Positions 44,692 through 55,381 of a DNA stretch of 64,000 nucleotides are shown here, in pieces. The notes beneath the pieces were generated by a model, which was given only the letters and a program-made list of their open reading frames with translations, ran no database searches and was not told the DNA's origin. Origin of the DNA: a virus (taxonomy: Duplodnaviria > Caudoviricetes); the IMG/VR virus record IMGVR_UViG_3300049988_000245, positions 160,001 to 224,000 of that record; one strand, 5' to 3'. Position 1 is the stretch's first letter; each line of letters begins with the position of its first letter. The position numbers and the translations under genes were made by a program.

Positions 44692-45277
44692 TCGGAACAC
44701 CTCCCTTAGCCGGAGGCGCGGCCGGTGCCGCTGGAGGGGTGGCCATCGGGTCCCCGCCTGGAGGCTGGTCCATCGGATCGCCGCCCGGATTATTAGGATC
44801 GCCCTGGCTTTCTTCATCGTAGCCAGACTCGTCGTTCATGCCGCCGTCCTGAGCGTCCTGAACGTCTTCCACGTCCACTTCTTCGTCGTAAAAGTCCAAC
44901 TGACCGGCATTGAGTTCAGAAATCAGACGGCGAGGAATCGAGATTCGAACGAGCCAGACCTTCTTGCCCTCTGCATCTACCTCGGCCTCGTCCAAATCTT
45001 TTGTCTCGCCCTTGGGGTCCTCGTGGGCCTTGGAAAAATCCACGCGAACGCCGTGCTTGAGCAAGCGAAGTCCTGCGCGGGGGTCGGGCATCTTCTTGTG
45101 ATCGTACTTGATCGTCATATCGAGCCAATATCGGCGGACCTTAGGTCCCTCGACGATCTCACCGTCAATCCAGTTCTTGAACACGTATACGTCGAGTGAA
45201 TCTAGAACATCTTCCATCTGAATAAGAAGATCGAGCAGATGTGGAGAATCTTCAAGTTTTTCGATATCAGCAGGCAT
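44684..45277 (-). CDS. Conserved jumbo-phage protein, probably late
   Basis: L...EDVLD.LDVYVFKNW.DGE.VEGP...RYW..MPDP..GLRL..G..V.F; TAAATA at 45306-45311. Confidence 0.8.
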   Translation of the reverse strand: MPADIEKLEDSPHLLDLLIQMEDVLDSLDVYVFKNWIDGEIVEGPKVRRYWLDMTIKYDHKKMPDPRAGLRLLKHGVRVDFSKAHEDPKGETKDLDEAEVDAEGKKVWLVRISIPRRLISELNAGQLDFYDEEVDVEDVQDAQDGGMNDESGYDEESQGDPNNPGGDPMDQPPGGDPMATPPAAPAAPPAKGGVPNG

Positions 45278-45331
45278 GGATTCACATCAGGTTGAATTAC
45301 CTGAGTATTTAGTTAGATGTGAATGGACAAT

Positions 45332-45363
45332 AAAAAACGCAGCACCCTGGAAGGTGCTGCGTT
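45332..45363 (-). terminator. Intrinsic terminator
   Basis: AACGCAGCACC-ctggaa-GGTGCTGCGTT with a 6-T tract on the minus strand. Confidence 0.85.
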
Positions 45364-45388
45364 AGATAGATTCGTGTGGGATTGTGTA

Positions 45389-46114
45389 TCAGTGGGCGTT
45401 TTGACCGAACGCACGCTCGCGCTGGCGGCGGAAGATCGATGAGTCTGTCTTCGTCGGTGTTACCACGACGTTCTGCATGACCGGCTTGGTTGCCACCATC
45501 GCACGGGGCTTGCGGGTTTTCTGGAGGGGAAGCGGATTCTCAGCGAAGTGTTGGAACAGCCTGTCGATAATGCTGCTGGCTTCTCGGGCCGCAGCAAAAG
45601 CACGCTGTGGCGTTTCGCATGAAATTCCCGAAACAGTGCTTTCTAGCATCTGAAGGGTTGAGCGAATCTGCTCGGATGCAGGAAGAGGCTCTTGGATCGG
45701 GTTTGCGTTGTTCTCGTGGAGATTCAGTTCTTCCACGACGGTGGATTGGGCGGGAATGGTCTCGCGTGGCCAAATCCGGATGTGGGCTTCCCAACGCTCT
45801 GGGGCATATCCCTTGCCCGCGTGGGGAACTGCTTCCATCCAGCCGCCGGTTCGACGCTGGAGAATGTAATAGGGATTTCCGAGAGGGTTCGTGAGGAGAC
45901 TGAGGAGGTGTCCGGCTTGACTGCCTTCGATTGTTGCCTCGGCCCCGCCTCGGCGCTTATCCGTGATTTCGACAACGTCGGAATCATCCCCTCCGATTTT
46001 GTGCACCGGCTTGAAGAAAACAGCGTTGCCTTCGACCTTGATCCGGATACCCACGGCGTCTTCCCCGAGGAAGAACATCTTCACCGCTGGCTTATTGAAG
46101 GTCATCTTAAACAT
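45389..46114 (-). CDS. Hypothetical protein
   Basis: Long ORF ending before the terminator. Confidence 0.65.
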   Translation of the reverse strand: MFKMTFNKPAVKMFFLGEDAVGIRIKVEGNAVFFKPVHKIGGDDSDVVEITDKRRGGAEATIEGSQAGHLLSLLTNPLGNPYYILQRRTGGWMEAVPHAGKGYAPERWEAHIRIWPRETIPAQSTVVEELNLHENNANPIQEPLPASEQIRSTLQMLESTVSGISCETPQRAFAAAREASSIIDRLFQHFAENPLPLQKTRKPRAMVATKPVMQNVVVTPTKTDSSIFRRQRERAFGQNAH

Positions 46115-46431
46115 GGACTCAGGTACCTTTCAGGTGCGCCCCTAGTTGGTTCGGGGTCGCTTTTCCCTGCTGCAATTTCGTCCATATATGACAAATAATC
46201 GCAATGCAAGCCGATTCCATTTTTTGGTTTACCGAATCTTAAAAATTGTGTCGAGGCGGCTCGCCAAACCCTTGAAAGACCACACAAACTTTGAACGAAT
46301 TTCGTATTATCATGCCATTTTTATTCCCAAACCGCCGTATTTCAGGTTTTAATTCCGAAAGTATTTCATCACATTCGTCAGTAATCGAAGCCCAAAACGG
46401 AAGACACAAAAGGCTTCGGTTGACCATGCGG

Positions 46432-47028
46432 TTAGTTTCCCCCACTGTACCCAAGAGGCCAGCTACCAGTGAAATCATAGGTGGCAATCTCAGGAATCGA
46501 GCTTAGATTGGCCACAGTAGCCTTGTGGTACCACGATGCCTTGTAAATCATGTTGGCCCAGATGCAGCTACACTGGTAGAACTGTGTGAAGCTTGCGTTG
46601 TCGTAGGGTATATCCGTGTTGTTTTGGGCGCGGAACGAGAATCCTGATGGAAGAATATATCCGGTTCCGATAAGAGTCATGATTCCAGTCATATTCGACC
46701 GAGATACGACATCAGAATCGTAATATACTCCGTTGTATAGCCAGCCACCATTCAACTTAGCGTCTCGGTACGTGTTGATGAAGTCTTGCTTGATTCGGAT
46801 CGCGGATGTCACATTAGCCCCCATATAGGGAAGCCACTTATCCACGTCGGCGCGTTCGGATTCGCTTTTTAACGATAGAGTATCGTCGGCATTGAGAGTC
46901 CAATAACAAGAAGGGAATCCCTCGACCTGGGAAAGATCAGGATTGATCAGCCATTCGGCAGGATCAAAATCAGGCGTATTAGCACTTTCGTGATATTCAA
47001 AAGTATTTTTATTTAAAACGCGGGCCAT
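46432..47028 (-). CDS. DUF4376-like tail-fibre-associated protein
   Basis: SANTPDF....WLINPDL; I..YRD.KL.GG..YNG..YDSD..SR.N..G. Confidence 0.75.
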   Translation of the reverse strand: MARVLNKNTFEYHESANTPDFDPAEWLINPDLSQVEGFPSCYWTLNADDTLSLKSESERADVDKWLPYMGANVTSAIRIKQDFINTYRDAKLNGGWLYNGVYYDSDVVSRSNMTGIMTLIGTGYILPSGFSFRAQNNTDIPYDNASFTQFYQCSCIWANMIYKASWYHKATVANLSSIPEIATYDFTGSWPLGYSGGN

Positions 47029-47039
47029 TTTATAATCCT

Positions 47040-47750
47040 TCAAACACTTCGACGTAGTCTGGCTAGAGCATCTCCAAATTTTGGACCAGCAACAATATTT
47101 GTTGCGTTGAATTTGAACGGGCCAACATCAAGTACGCTAGCGCTTGCAGCTAGAGTAGTTGTTCTCGATCCCTCATACATTCCTAAGTTTATAATCAACC
47201 CGAATGTTGCGCAGTCTGCTCCACGTGTAACATATTGGGTCTGAATCTCGTTCGACGACAAAGCACGATTGTAGAGACGAACATCTTCCATCATGCCGTC
47301 AAAAAATTCTGTTGCCGTGGAATTGTTGTAGTCCGCGCCGATCGACATCGGTACGGTACCGGTTAGAACCGCTGCGGTTCTTGCGAAAGTACCCACAACC
47401 GCACCGTTCACGTACACGCGCATATTGGAGCCATCCCAGCTACCCGCGATGTGTGTCCACGTGTTGATTGGCACGCTTCCTCCTGCCACGGTATCGACCG
47501 AGTACGTGGTACCGCCGAGTCCATTAGAGACACCTTTACCCACCATGAGGCGGCAATTGCTCTGATAAACGTCGAGACCGTACACCTCGGTTGCCGTTGA
47601 GGCCGAAGCTACGCGGCTCATGACCCGTTGCATCGTTGCGGTGCTCGATGGATTCACCCAGGCGCAGATGGTCCCGGTTGAGACCACCATAGAGGCGTTG
47701 TAAGGGATTCGTAGATATTGGGACGAGGCACGGGTGAAGAGCAGGGCCAT
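47040..47750 (-). CDS. LamG/concanavalin-like lectin domain virion protein
   Basis: TICAWVNP, NTWTHIAGSWDGSNMRVYVNG, IGA, FFDGMMEDVRLYNRALS..EI. Confidence 0.9.
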   Translation of the reverse strand: MALLFTRASSQYLRIPYNASMVVSTGTICAWVNPSSTATMQRVMSRVASASTATEVYGLDVYQSNCRLMVGKGVSNGLGGTTYSVDTVAGGSVPINTWTHIAGSWDGSNMRVYVNGAVVGTFARTAAVLTGTVPMSIGADYNNSTATEFFDGMMEDVRLYNRALSSNEIQTQYVTRGADCATFGLIINLGMYEGSRTTTLAASASVLDVGPFKFNATNIVAGPKFGDALARLRRSV

Positions 47751-48421
47751 TACGCGAACTCAGCCCCGAGTTCGACCAGATAGAAATCGCCAGAAGAGGT
47801 GTCTGCGGTCGCGCTGCCCTGACGTGTCAATTCGATCTGAGCGAGCGTACCCGTGCTCAAGTTAAGCGAGCTAAGATTGAATGTTTGCGAAAAATACTGA
47901 TAATTCGTGTTCGCAGGAATCGTTAGCGTATTCATCGTGGTGATCGTCCAAGCACCAATAGCAGAGTTATTGGGGACCGTTCTTGTGTGGAGGCGCAAGA
48001 CCACGCCACCTGATGAGGAGGTAGACGCGCCTCGACCCTTCAAGCGGATTGTGATGGTCGAAATCGACGATGGAATTGACATGGCCATGCCAACACCTTC
48101 TTCTGCGGTGTCGTCGAATGCACGAACCGTCAAGGAGGTATTGGTGGGATCGGTGGTTGCCGGAGCAAGACCATTGACGGACCAGTCCGACGTCACGGGG
48201 TTGTCGAACTGATCCGCATAGAATAAACGTGTACGAGGAACAAAGTTCGGAATCTGCCACGCACCGAATTGATACATCTCAAACGTGGACAGGTCGGTGT
48301 TGTAGCGCATCATTCCAGCAACCGGCGATGAGGGTCGCTGAGCCGTCGTGCCCGCCGCAAGCTGAAGGTAACCAGTCGAGTACTGCGTGATGTTACCTGA
48401 GTTCTGATTACCTTCTCTCAT
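47750..48421 (-). CDS. Tail-fibre-associated structural protein
   Basis: AGTTAQRP.SP.AGMMRYNTD...FE motif; AGGAG RBS. Confidence 0.75.
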   Translation of the reverse strand: MREGNQNSGNITQYSTGYLQLAAGTTAQRPSSPVAGMMRYNTDLSTFEMYQFGAWQIPNFVPRTRLFYADQFDNPVTSDWSVNGLAPATTDPTNTSLTVRAFDDTAEEGVGMAMSIPSSISTITIRLKGRGASTSSSGGVVLRLHTRTVPNNSAIGAWTITTMNTLTIPANTNYQYFSQTFNLSSLNLSTGTLAQIELTRQGSATADTSSGDFYLVELGAEFA

Positions 48422-48429
48422 TTTGCTCC

Positions 48430-49230
48430 TTAGCCGACAGCAATAATGTTCCAAGTACCCGTGAGGGTACCAAATGAAGTAAGATCGATCGTGCTTACTG
48501 TGGTGCTTGTAGCAGTGATATCATCCGGCTGAATCACCTTATTGTTATTGTCGTAAATCGTGATATCGACAAACTGCTGACCAAGGCCGTGCGTGAACGT
48601 GAGCAGGCCAGACGACAAGGTCGCGCTGGTAAACGTCGTGCGCGCTGCCTTCGTAAACCCGGTTACAGCGGCGGAAATCTGCGCGATCGTTGCGCGAACG
48701 TTGTTCGTGCCGTTGTAGACGAGCACCTGATCGGTCGAGGAAACCGAACCAGCGGCGTTCAGACCGGCAACCGACAGTCCGACGACCGGAGACGCCGTAA
48801 CGCCATCACCGTTCGTCAGCGAGATACCCTGCTGGCCTGCTACGGTGGATGCGGTGAACGAGATCGTCTTGTATGTGGCCGCTCCTGAGCGAACGACGAG
48901 ACCAGTGGTGGACAGCGCGTTGATCGAGGCAAGCTCACCCGCCAGGGCAATGTTGATCGTGCCCGAACCCGTGACAGTGGGGTTGCTCACGGATAGTCCG
49001 GTAGATGTCGTCGCCAGGGTAACGCTGGAGACCGTACCGTCGCCAAGTCCGACCGGAAGCCATGCCGGAGTCGAGCCCGAGGTGGCTTCAAATCGATTTG
49101 TGTCCGTGTTGAAGCGCAGCATACCGGCCACGGCTGTCGGACGTTGGGCAGCGGTGCCCTTTGCAATCTGGAATGAGCCCGTGCTGGTCTGAACCGCACT
49201 GCCCGCAATGATAAGTGAACCAACCTGCAT
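48430..49230 (-). CDS. Tail-fibre-associated structural protein
   Basis: KGTAAQRPT.VAGMLRFNTD; Thr/Ser/Gly-rich; C-terminal HGLG..V.ITIYD. Confidence 0.75.
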   Translation of the reverse strand: MQVGSLIIAGSAVQTSTGSFQIAKGTAAQRPTAVAGMLRFNTDTNRFEATSGSTPAWLPVGLGDGTVSSVTLATTSTGLSVSNPTVTGSGTINIALAGELASINALSTTGLVVRSGAATYKTISFTASTVAGQQGISLTNGDGVTASPVVGLSVAGLNAAGSVSSTDQVLVYNGTNNVRATIAQISAAVTGFTKAARTTFTSATLSSGLLTFTHGLGQQFVDITIYDNNNKVIQPDDITATSTTVSTIDLTSFGTLTGTWNIIAVG

Positions 49231-49268
49231 CGAATCGTACTCCTAAGTCAGAGCCACAAGGCTCTAAT

Positions 49269-49514
49269 TTATTTACCGACTACGATGGTCCAGTTCCCAA
49301 CGATGTTTCCAAATGAATTAATGACCAAGTAGATACTATTGCTATCGAGTGATAGAATTCCATCAGGCATAACGAACTCTCGGTCGTTATTGTATATAAT
49401 TACAACCGGAAAATCTTCGTTCAGGTTGTGCTGGATTGTCAACGCCCCACCGTTCAGATCGGAAGAAGTAATACTTCTACGGTATGTTGTCTTGACGGTT
49501 GGGAAATAAGACAT
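49269..49514 (-). CDS. Small structural protein
   Basis: TIQHNLN..P.V.IY motif, paralogous to the C-terminus of 48430-49230. Confidence 0.7.
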   Translation of the reverse strand: MSYFPTVKTTYRRSITSSDLNGGALTIQHNLNEDFPVVIIYNNDREFVMPDGILSLDSNSIYLVINSFGNIVGNWTIVVGK

Positions 49515-49551
49515 GCTGCACTCCAGTTAGATATATCGTCTTTGTCTTACT

Positions 49552-50001
49552 TCAGATCACGTGCCACTCAACCCCGTATACCAGGGTTACGGACGAACGA
49601 GCGACTTCAAGGACCATCGACGAATTACCATCGATGGTCTGCCCTGAACCTGCCTGAATAGTGATCGGGGTGCTTGAACTAGCGGCGGCGATCTCATCCT
49701 TAATGATATACTTCTTCCCAAAAGTTCCTTGGGGAAGCTGTACCACGCATGGAGCTTGGCGTAGGCCAAGGTAAAAATCAGAATCCAGCGCATTGTAGTT
49801 GGATGCTGATACAGGTGTACGATGGAAAACTTCACCGGTCAGATCAACCCAATTCGATACACGGAATTGGTATAGCGTGGGAGTCTGTCCGACCTGAACA
49901 TACAGGTCGCCGTTCAAACCGATTTGGTTTGAAATGTTTGGATTCGACTTGCCTTGGAAGATGGTCGGACCACGCTTCCCGATGCTGAAGTTATCAGCCA
50001 T
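49552..50001 (-). CDS. Structural protein
   Basis: D.YLG..VQLP.GT.GK.YIIKDE..ITIQAG.GQTIDG.SS..L..R.SVTLVY. Confidence 0.7.
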   Translation of the reverse strand: MADNFSIGKRGPTIFQGKSNPNISNQIGLNGDLYVQVGQTPTLYQFRVSNWVDLTGEVFHRTPVSASNYNALDSDFYLGLRQAPCVVQLPQGTFGKKYIIKDEIAAASSSTPITIQAGSGQTIDGNSSMVLEVARSSVTLVYGVEWHVI

Positions 50002-50117
50002 TGTCCCAGCAATGTTTGAACGCACCGTCATTCTCAAAGTCCCATGAAAATCTGTAGTATTTAATATTTGATTGTTTGGTAATAAGAAAGGCTACAACCA
50101 TTTATTCAAGTAACTGT

Positions 50118-50546
50118 TTATTTTTGTTCCGTCTCATTGACAATATCGACGATATTCTTCCGCCCAGGAGCAATACCCCCGAATCGAGCGCCCAGGTAAA
50201 GAATCGTCCGGGTGAACACTCCTGTGCCACAGACGATCATCGCTTCCTTGAAGATCGCATCCGCCTGTTTGCGGGTCGGCGCTTGTGGATGAGGCTTGCC
50301 GATATTCAAACGGTGACACAATAGGTCATGGATCACGGCAGCGCGAGAATAGCTTCCCCAAGCAGGGAACATGGCCCATAGAAGTTGTGGAACGCTAGCC
50401 CCATCTGTCTGAAATCCAGCAGGCACGGTGATGTACTGTCCCGAACCCTTATCACCAACTTCATAGGTGAAGTCCTGTTCGATTCTCCACACACGCCAGT
50501 TCAGTGCAACTTCGGTGATTGTCAATTGTGCGGTAAAAGAACTCAT
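50118..50546 (-). CDS. DUF1353 family protein
   Basis: ITVPAGF.TDGASVP..LW...P.WG.YSRAAVIHD.L..RKQAD.IF.EAM. Confidence 0.9.
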   Translation of the reverse strand: MSSFTAQLTITEVALNWRVWRIEQDFTYEVGDKGSGQYITVPAGFQTDGASVPQLLWAMFPAWGSYSRAAVIHDLLCHRLNIGKPHPQAPTRKQADAIFKEAMIVCGTGVFTRTILYLGARFGGIAPGRKNIVDIVNETEQK

Positions 50547-50632
50547 AATATCTCCATTTGGGCAACTTGATTAACCGACAAGATACTCGCTCGATCACGT
50601 CTACGTCATTAAAAAACAGACTTAAACACGCG

Positions 50633-50640
50633 TATAAATA
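50633..50640 (+). promoter_or_regulatory. T4-late-like promoter TATAAATA
   Basis: Exact consensus, then GGGAG RBS, then ATG 50658. Confidence 0.6.
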
Positions 50641-50657
50641 GACCTAGGGAGATTCAT

Positions 50658-52688
50658 ATGACCAATCCAACGATCGACGTGATGACTTTTAACGCGACCT
50701 ATGTGACTCCATCGAGCGAGATCGCTCGGGTACGCGAAGAGCAGTCTGTCAACCTGTATATTGACGTATCCGAGGTCGGCACCCAGGTGGGATTTGTCGG
50801 GCAAACAACTATCTTTGTTGGAAATGCAGTTTCTCTCGTCGAATCCGTAACAGTTGATGGAATCAACATTCCGTTTTTTCGGCAGTTGACGGATCAGCGC
50901 ATCTATTGGGATATTTCTCACGCTCTAACGCGTAAATCTACTATCGAGGTCACCCTAGGCGATCTGTTGGGTAGCTTCTCTCTCCTCAATGGAACTCTTC
51001 CACCGGGGCTATCGATCACCCCGAAAGGACTGATCACGGGTCGCGTCACAAATATTATCGCACCACCCGCTCCGTATGCATTCACGGTGCGATATAAGAA
51101 TCCAACCCACACACATGATCGACGGTTTGTCATCTATGCGGAGGGGAAAGACTACCCGGCATTCTTCAACCCTGATCAGCTTCAGCCTCAAGAGCGCGAT
51201 GATGAGATGGGGTTTAGTTATCGATCTCTGGGTTCGCTTAGTCGAGGACAAGGCTTCGGTCTTACCCTAGACATTTACGATCCTGACGGGGTCTTGCCGG
51301 GATTCGTTCTACGCAAGGTCACTGGTTTTCGTCCCAACAGTGGTAAGTTTGGGGGCCTTCCGCCTGATCTGGAGATCGTTGGGCAGACTATCCAAGGTGT
51401 AGTCGCCGCCGATGCCTGCCCAGGTAAGTATTTCTTCGAAGTCGTTCTTAATGACTCGGGGCGCGACGGCGCTATCTTCATGATAGAGATTCTACAGCCC
51501 ATCAGTAATACGATCGGGGTAATTCCTCACGTGGTCTGGGATACTCCGGAGGGAGACCTTGGTTCAATCGTAGAGACCGAGCCTTCGCACTTTGACGTGG
51601 TGGCACATTCTGTGAACGCCCCGGCGATCGTTTACGAGCTTGCCCCGTTCTCGGCTCCGCTCCCCACGGGAGTGACAATCAATCCTTTGACCGGCCGTCT
51701 CTACGGGGTCATGCCGTATGTTGTCTCGGACACCGTATTCAGCTTTCGTCTTCGGGCCTCGGCGGGACAGCTATTTGCCGATCGAATCTTCTCGATTACC
51801 GTTCTGGCACACTTTGATCTCGATACGATCCACAATCTCCGCCTGCAAATTCGAACGGCCGATGAGGTCGCCCTGGTTCCACAATACGCTGATTCGATTC
51901 CCCAGGAACTGATCTATCGCAGTGAAGACCCAAACTTTGGCTTCATCCGACATCCTTATGTTTATGTAATCAAGGGAATCGATGGCAGTAAAAACCTCGA
52001 AGAGGCTCTGCGTGGGGATGCAAACGGCCTAGAGATCGTTGGGGGTCAGAAGGACTACCAGAAGCGATTCAAGCTCGTCCTGGGAGAGCATCGTTTTGCT
52101 ACGGCCCGAGATTCGACCGGTAAGGCGATTTACGAAGTTCTTTATCGGGACCTCTACGACCCGATGAAAAAAGCTGGTGGTTTTAACATTACCAACGGCC
52201 TCATCACGTCATCTCCGGTGCGTTGGCCACAGTCTGCATCTACTTCGATGTATTTCTTTCCCCACTCAGTGAAGAATATGCGGTTCGATCTCATCGAAAA
52301 TCTTGGATTTGCGATGATCGACCCCGATTCGAGACGAAATGTCGGTACGGACACTGCCGAACTCATGCCATTGTGGATGAGGTCTGAGCAAGTCAAGGGG
52401 GTTGCCTCCTCCGTCCCCGGCTATAAGGCTGCGTTGTTCCTGGCCTATCTAAAGCCAGGGTCGGCCGCAGCGGTGCAGAAAATCCTCAACGCGGTGACCA
52501 AGGTGGGAACACTAATCACTCCGTGGGGACACGTGTACTATTTTGATAAGTATTTTACCACAGAAACCTCAGTTCTTTATCAGACAATGCTTGATAATCA
52601 GGATGATGAGAGCGCAGAGACCGTCATCGATTCTACGGAAACTGTGTTTGATGAGGTTGACGGTGATGTAGTTAAATATCTGGACTAA
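50658..52688 (+). CDS. Baseplate/structural protein with Ig-like (He_PIG-type) repeats
   Basis: GTLPPGLSI...GLITG and LPTGVTINP.TGRLYG repeats; C-terminal P.S..NMR..L..LMP.WM.S.Q..GY..A..LAY.KPG. Confidence 0.75.
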   Translation: MTNPTIDVMTFNATYVTPSSEIARVREEQSVNLYIDVSEVGTQVGFVGQTTIFVGNAVSLVESVTVDGINIPFFRQLTDQRIYWDISHALTRKSTIEVTLGDLLGSFSLLNGTLPPGLSITPKGLITGRVTNIIAPPAPYAFTVRYKNPTHTHDRRFVIYAEGKDYPAFFNPDQLQPQERDDEMGFSYRSLGSLSRGQGFGLTLDIYDPDGVLPGFVLRKVTGFRPNSGKFGGLPPDLEIVGQTIQGVVAADACPGKYFFEVVLNDSGRDGAIFMIEILQPISNTIGVIPHVVWDTPEGDLGSIVETEPSHFDVVAHSVNAPAIVYELAPFSAPLPTGVTINPLTGRLYGVMPYVVSDTVFSFRLRASAGQLFADRIFSITVLAHFDLDTIHNLRLQIRTADEVALVPQYADSIPQELIYRSEDPNFGFIRHPYVYVIKGIDGSKNLEEALRGDANGLEIVGGQKDYQKRFKLVLGEHRFATARDSTGKAIYEVLYRDLYDPMKKAGGFNITNGLITSSPVRWPQSASTSMYFFPHSVKNMRFDLIENLGFAMIDPDSRRNVGTDTAELMPLWMRSEQVKGVASSVPGYKAALFLAYLKPGSAAAVQKILNAVTKVGTLITPWGHVYYFDKYFTTETSVLYQTMLDNQDDESAETVIDSTETVFDEVDGDVVKYLD

Positions 52689-52704
52689 TTTTTGAGGAAT
52701 TTCA

Positions 52705-54888
52705 ATGAGCATCGATTCCGGACAGGCGCCGACCACGTTTAATGAAAACTACCCGGTCCCTGGTCTGAAGCAGTCCAGTCAGCAGTTCCGTGACAACTTC
52801 AAGATTCTCCGAACTGCGATTGAGAATCTTCAGAACGTTTCACGAGACGAGACGGGAATTCTTGATTTCCAGCTTTACATTTCCCCTGTCACGGGTCGTG
52901 TTACCGCGTCCACCTTCTACGTGGACCCGGCTCAGGTCACGAATCCCGACCGTGGAACGCTAAGCTATCAGAACGATGCGATCTATTACTGGAACGGCAC
53001 CGGCTGGGCTCCTGTGGCCTCAGGAGCCGCATCCCTACCGGGTCCCCAGGGTATCCAGGGTCCGCGCGGCGACAGCGGTCCTGAGGGTCGTCAGGGTCCG
53101 ATCGGTCCCCAGGGCGTCAAGGGAAATCAGGGCGATATCGGTCGTGACGGTTATCCGGGTCCGGCGGGTCCCAAGGGTGACGCTGGCCCGGAAGGGCGTA
53201 AGGGCGAGATTGGCGCGCGCGGCCTTCGCGGATTCGAGGGTCCACGCGGGCCGATCGGCCAGACCGGTCCCAAGGGCGACAAGGGTGATCAGGGCATCCA
53301 GGGTATCCAGGGTGTTCGTGGTGAGCACAATATCCCCTCGGTGCTTGATTTTTTTGATGAGGCCACACGCAACCGCTTCCTCGCGGGAGATTTCTCCGTC
53401 GATGTGACCGCAGGGGTCCAGGCGGCATTGGATTCAGGAAAGAACCTCTTCTTCCCCGCAGGTAAATATCGCCTCACCAGCGGCCTTAAGGCCACGCATC
53501 CGGGCCAGTATCTCTATGGCTGCGGCGGCCCGACCGTAAACGGCAATGCGACTGAGGCGGGAATCGGTACGTTCTTTATGATCTCGTACGACTATGACGT
53601 CGGGTACGCCGTGATGACGCTTGTCAATTCCTGCGGAATGTTCGGCTTCACCTGGGACTTTCAGCAGCCGGACGCTGCCCCCAATGGCGGCCCGCTGGAG
53701 CGCAACCACCTCAAGGTGTACCCGCCCGCCCTCGATATCTCGGATGCGCAGAACGTCCTCCTCGATAATATCGAGTTCCGCCGCTCCTCGATCGGCCTTA
53801 AGGCGCACGGCAACTGCGGTGGCCTGCGCATCGGCATGATTCGAGACGGTTCACTTCAAACGGGCCTCGACCTTGAATTCACTAATCCCCAGAGTGAGCG
53901 TCGCTCGGTGATCATCGATACGTGGGAGCATTGGCATTGGGGCATGGCGGATCGCCCGGCCCTCCAGGCGGTTCACGATGATGGTATCACGGATGCAATT
54001 TCGATCGGCCCCTATATCGGCGCGGTTTCGTTTACAAATCTGCTGATCCTGCGCGCTCGATACCGCCATAACTCAGGTGCAAACAACAATCCAACACAGA
54101 TCGCCAACCTCGATCTGCGCGGTTACCGGGCAACTCTCGACCTAATCTCTGGCTATGTCGATGTCGGCACGTTTACTTGCGTGAATCTACTCAATCCGGC
54201 ATTGTCCAACACGGGTGGTATGATCCGAGTCGATAATGTGAATCTGAATGGCCGCATGAATAATGTGGCGCTTGTGCGCCAGATTGAGGGGTCCACTTCG
54301 ATCACATCTGGTCTTATGAACATTGACGGCAACACCGTAGGCGCGGACCTGACTGGTGGTTACTTGAATCTGAACGGCGTACATTTCCAGTGCGGCCAGA
54401 ACAGCCGCAGCGTCGCAATGGTTCGCCAGACGGGTCCGGGCGGTCGTCTCACCATGACGAACTGCTATCCCGACGATCGTGGTTCGGCTGGAGGTGCGTT
54501 CCCCGCGTTCATCCAGATCGAGCGCGACGATCATCACGTCATCATGAATAATCGCTTCCTTTCATGGAGATTCGAAACGCCTCTTCTGGAAAGGTTTGGA
54601 ATCTATGGGCCGAACGGGAGCATCAACAATGGTATCGACGATAAGGGTCACTACCACGGTAAAGTGATCAAGCGTTACATGGGCGGTACGTTCAACGCAG
54701 ATGGCTTCGCGGTCCTCTATCCGGAGATTTCCGGTCTCGCGGGTAAGGTCAACAACATTTCGGTGTTCGCCTCTCACCCGGAAGGTGGTCTATACCCGGC
54801 AAGCATCCGTCGTTTCGATAACGATTACATCTACCTTGAAGGTCCGAAGAGTATCGGATTTGTTTGCTGGATCGAGTACATCGAGTAA
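52705..54888 (+). CDS. Tail fibre/tailspike with collagen stalk and pectin-lyase-like beta-helix
   Basis: N-terminal NENYPV.G..SSQ.FRDNF; ~95-aa Gly-X-Y stalk; [16 protein letters not shown] start of a beta-helix. Confidence 0.82.
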   Translation: MSIDSGQAPTTFNENYPVPGLKQSSQQFRDNFKILRTAIENLQNVSRDETGILDFQLYISPVTGRVTASTFYVDPAQVTNPDRGTLSYQNDAIYYWNGTGWAPVASGAASLPGPQGIQGPRGDSGPEGRQGPIGPQGVKGNQGDIGRDGYPGPAGPKGDAGPEGRKGEIGARGLRGFEGPRGPIGQTGPKGDKGDQGIQGIQGVRGEHNIPSVLDFFDEATRNRFLAGDFSVDVTAGVQAALDSGKNLFFPAGKYRLTSGLKATHPGQYLYGCGGPTVNGNATEAGIGTFFMISYDYDVGYAVMTLVNSCGMFGFTWDFQQPDAAPNGGPLERNHLKVYPPALDISDAQNVLLDNIEFRRSSIGLKAHGNCGGLRIGMIRDGSLQTGLDLEFTNPQSERRSVIIDTWEHWHWGMADRPALQAVHDDGITDAISIGPYIGAVSFTNLLILRARYRHNSGANNNPTQIANLDLRGYRATLDLISGYVDVGTFTCVNLLNPALSNTGGMIRVDNVNLNGRMNNVALVRQIEGSTSITSGLMNIDGNTVGADLTGGYLNLNGVHFQCGQNSRSVAMVRQTGPGGRLTMTNCYPDDRGSAGGAFPAFIQIERDDHHVIMNNRFLSWRFETPLLERFGIYGPNGSINNGIDDKGHYHGKVIKRYMGGTFNADGFAVLYPEISGLAGKVNNISVFASHPEGGLYPASIRRFDNDYIYLEGPKSIGFVCWIEYIE
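53041..53325 (+). repeat. Collagen-like Gly-X-Y repeat
   Basis: [30 protein letters not shown], uninterrupted triplets. End boundary approximate. Confidence 0.9.
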
Positions 54889-54954
54889 GAAATTGAGTTA
54901 CTGTTAAAATGTAGGGTAAGGTGTTCTCAATTCATTTTGAGGACACCTTATTTT

Positions 54955-55353
54955 ATGTCTAAGACTGCATTTGAGAAGCTTTGGGACTTTCATACCGCTT
55001 TTGGTCAGGTTCGGACCACCACTCCGGGTCTGCCCAGCGCTGACGTGCGCAAGCTCCGCCGGAATCTGCTTCGCGAGGAGTGGAACGAGTACATGGATGG
55101 GGAAGAGAACGACGATCTCGTCGAGGTCGCGGATGCCCTGATCGACATCATCTACATTGCCTTGGGAACCGGCGTCAGCTACGGCCTGCCCATGGATGAG
55201 CTTTTCGAGGAAGTTCACCGTTCGAACATGTCGAAGCTCGGCGAGGACGGCAAGCCCGTCTATCGCGAGGACGGTAAGGTCATGAAGGGACCCAACTACA
55301 GCAAGCCTGATCTGGCCTCTATCGTGGCTCGGCGTATCGCCAACGCTAAATAA
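54955..55353 (+). CDS. MazG-like NTP pyrophosphohydrolase (PRA-PH family)
   Basis: LLREEWNEY..DLVEVADALIDIIY..G..FEEVHRSNMSKL..GKP.YREDGKV.KGPNY. Confidence 0.92.
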   Translation: MSKTAFEKLWDFHTAFGQVRTTTPGLPSADVRKLRRNLLREEWNEYMDGEENDDLVEVADALIDIIYIALGTGVSYGLPMDELFEEVHRSNMSKLGEDGKPVYREDGKVMKGPNYSKPDLASIVARRIANAK

Positions 55354-55381
55354 GGGTGTAGTTTACTATGAGGGCCACCCC

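Noticed and set aside
46114-46432. tRNA or structured ncRNA in the longest intergenic gap
   Set aside because: No T-loop or D-loop consensus and no convincing cloverleaf by eye. A tRNAscan/Infernal run would be needed to exclude it fully.
12262-53325. Short tandem DNA repeats as a CRISPR array
   Set aside because: They are in-frame collagen Gly-X-Y codons inside fibre genes, with no repeat-spacer periodicity and no cas genes.
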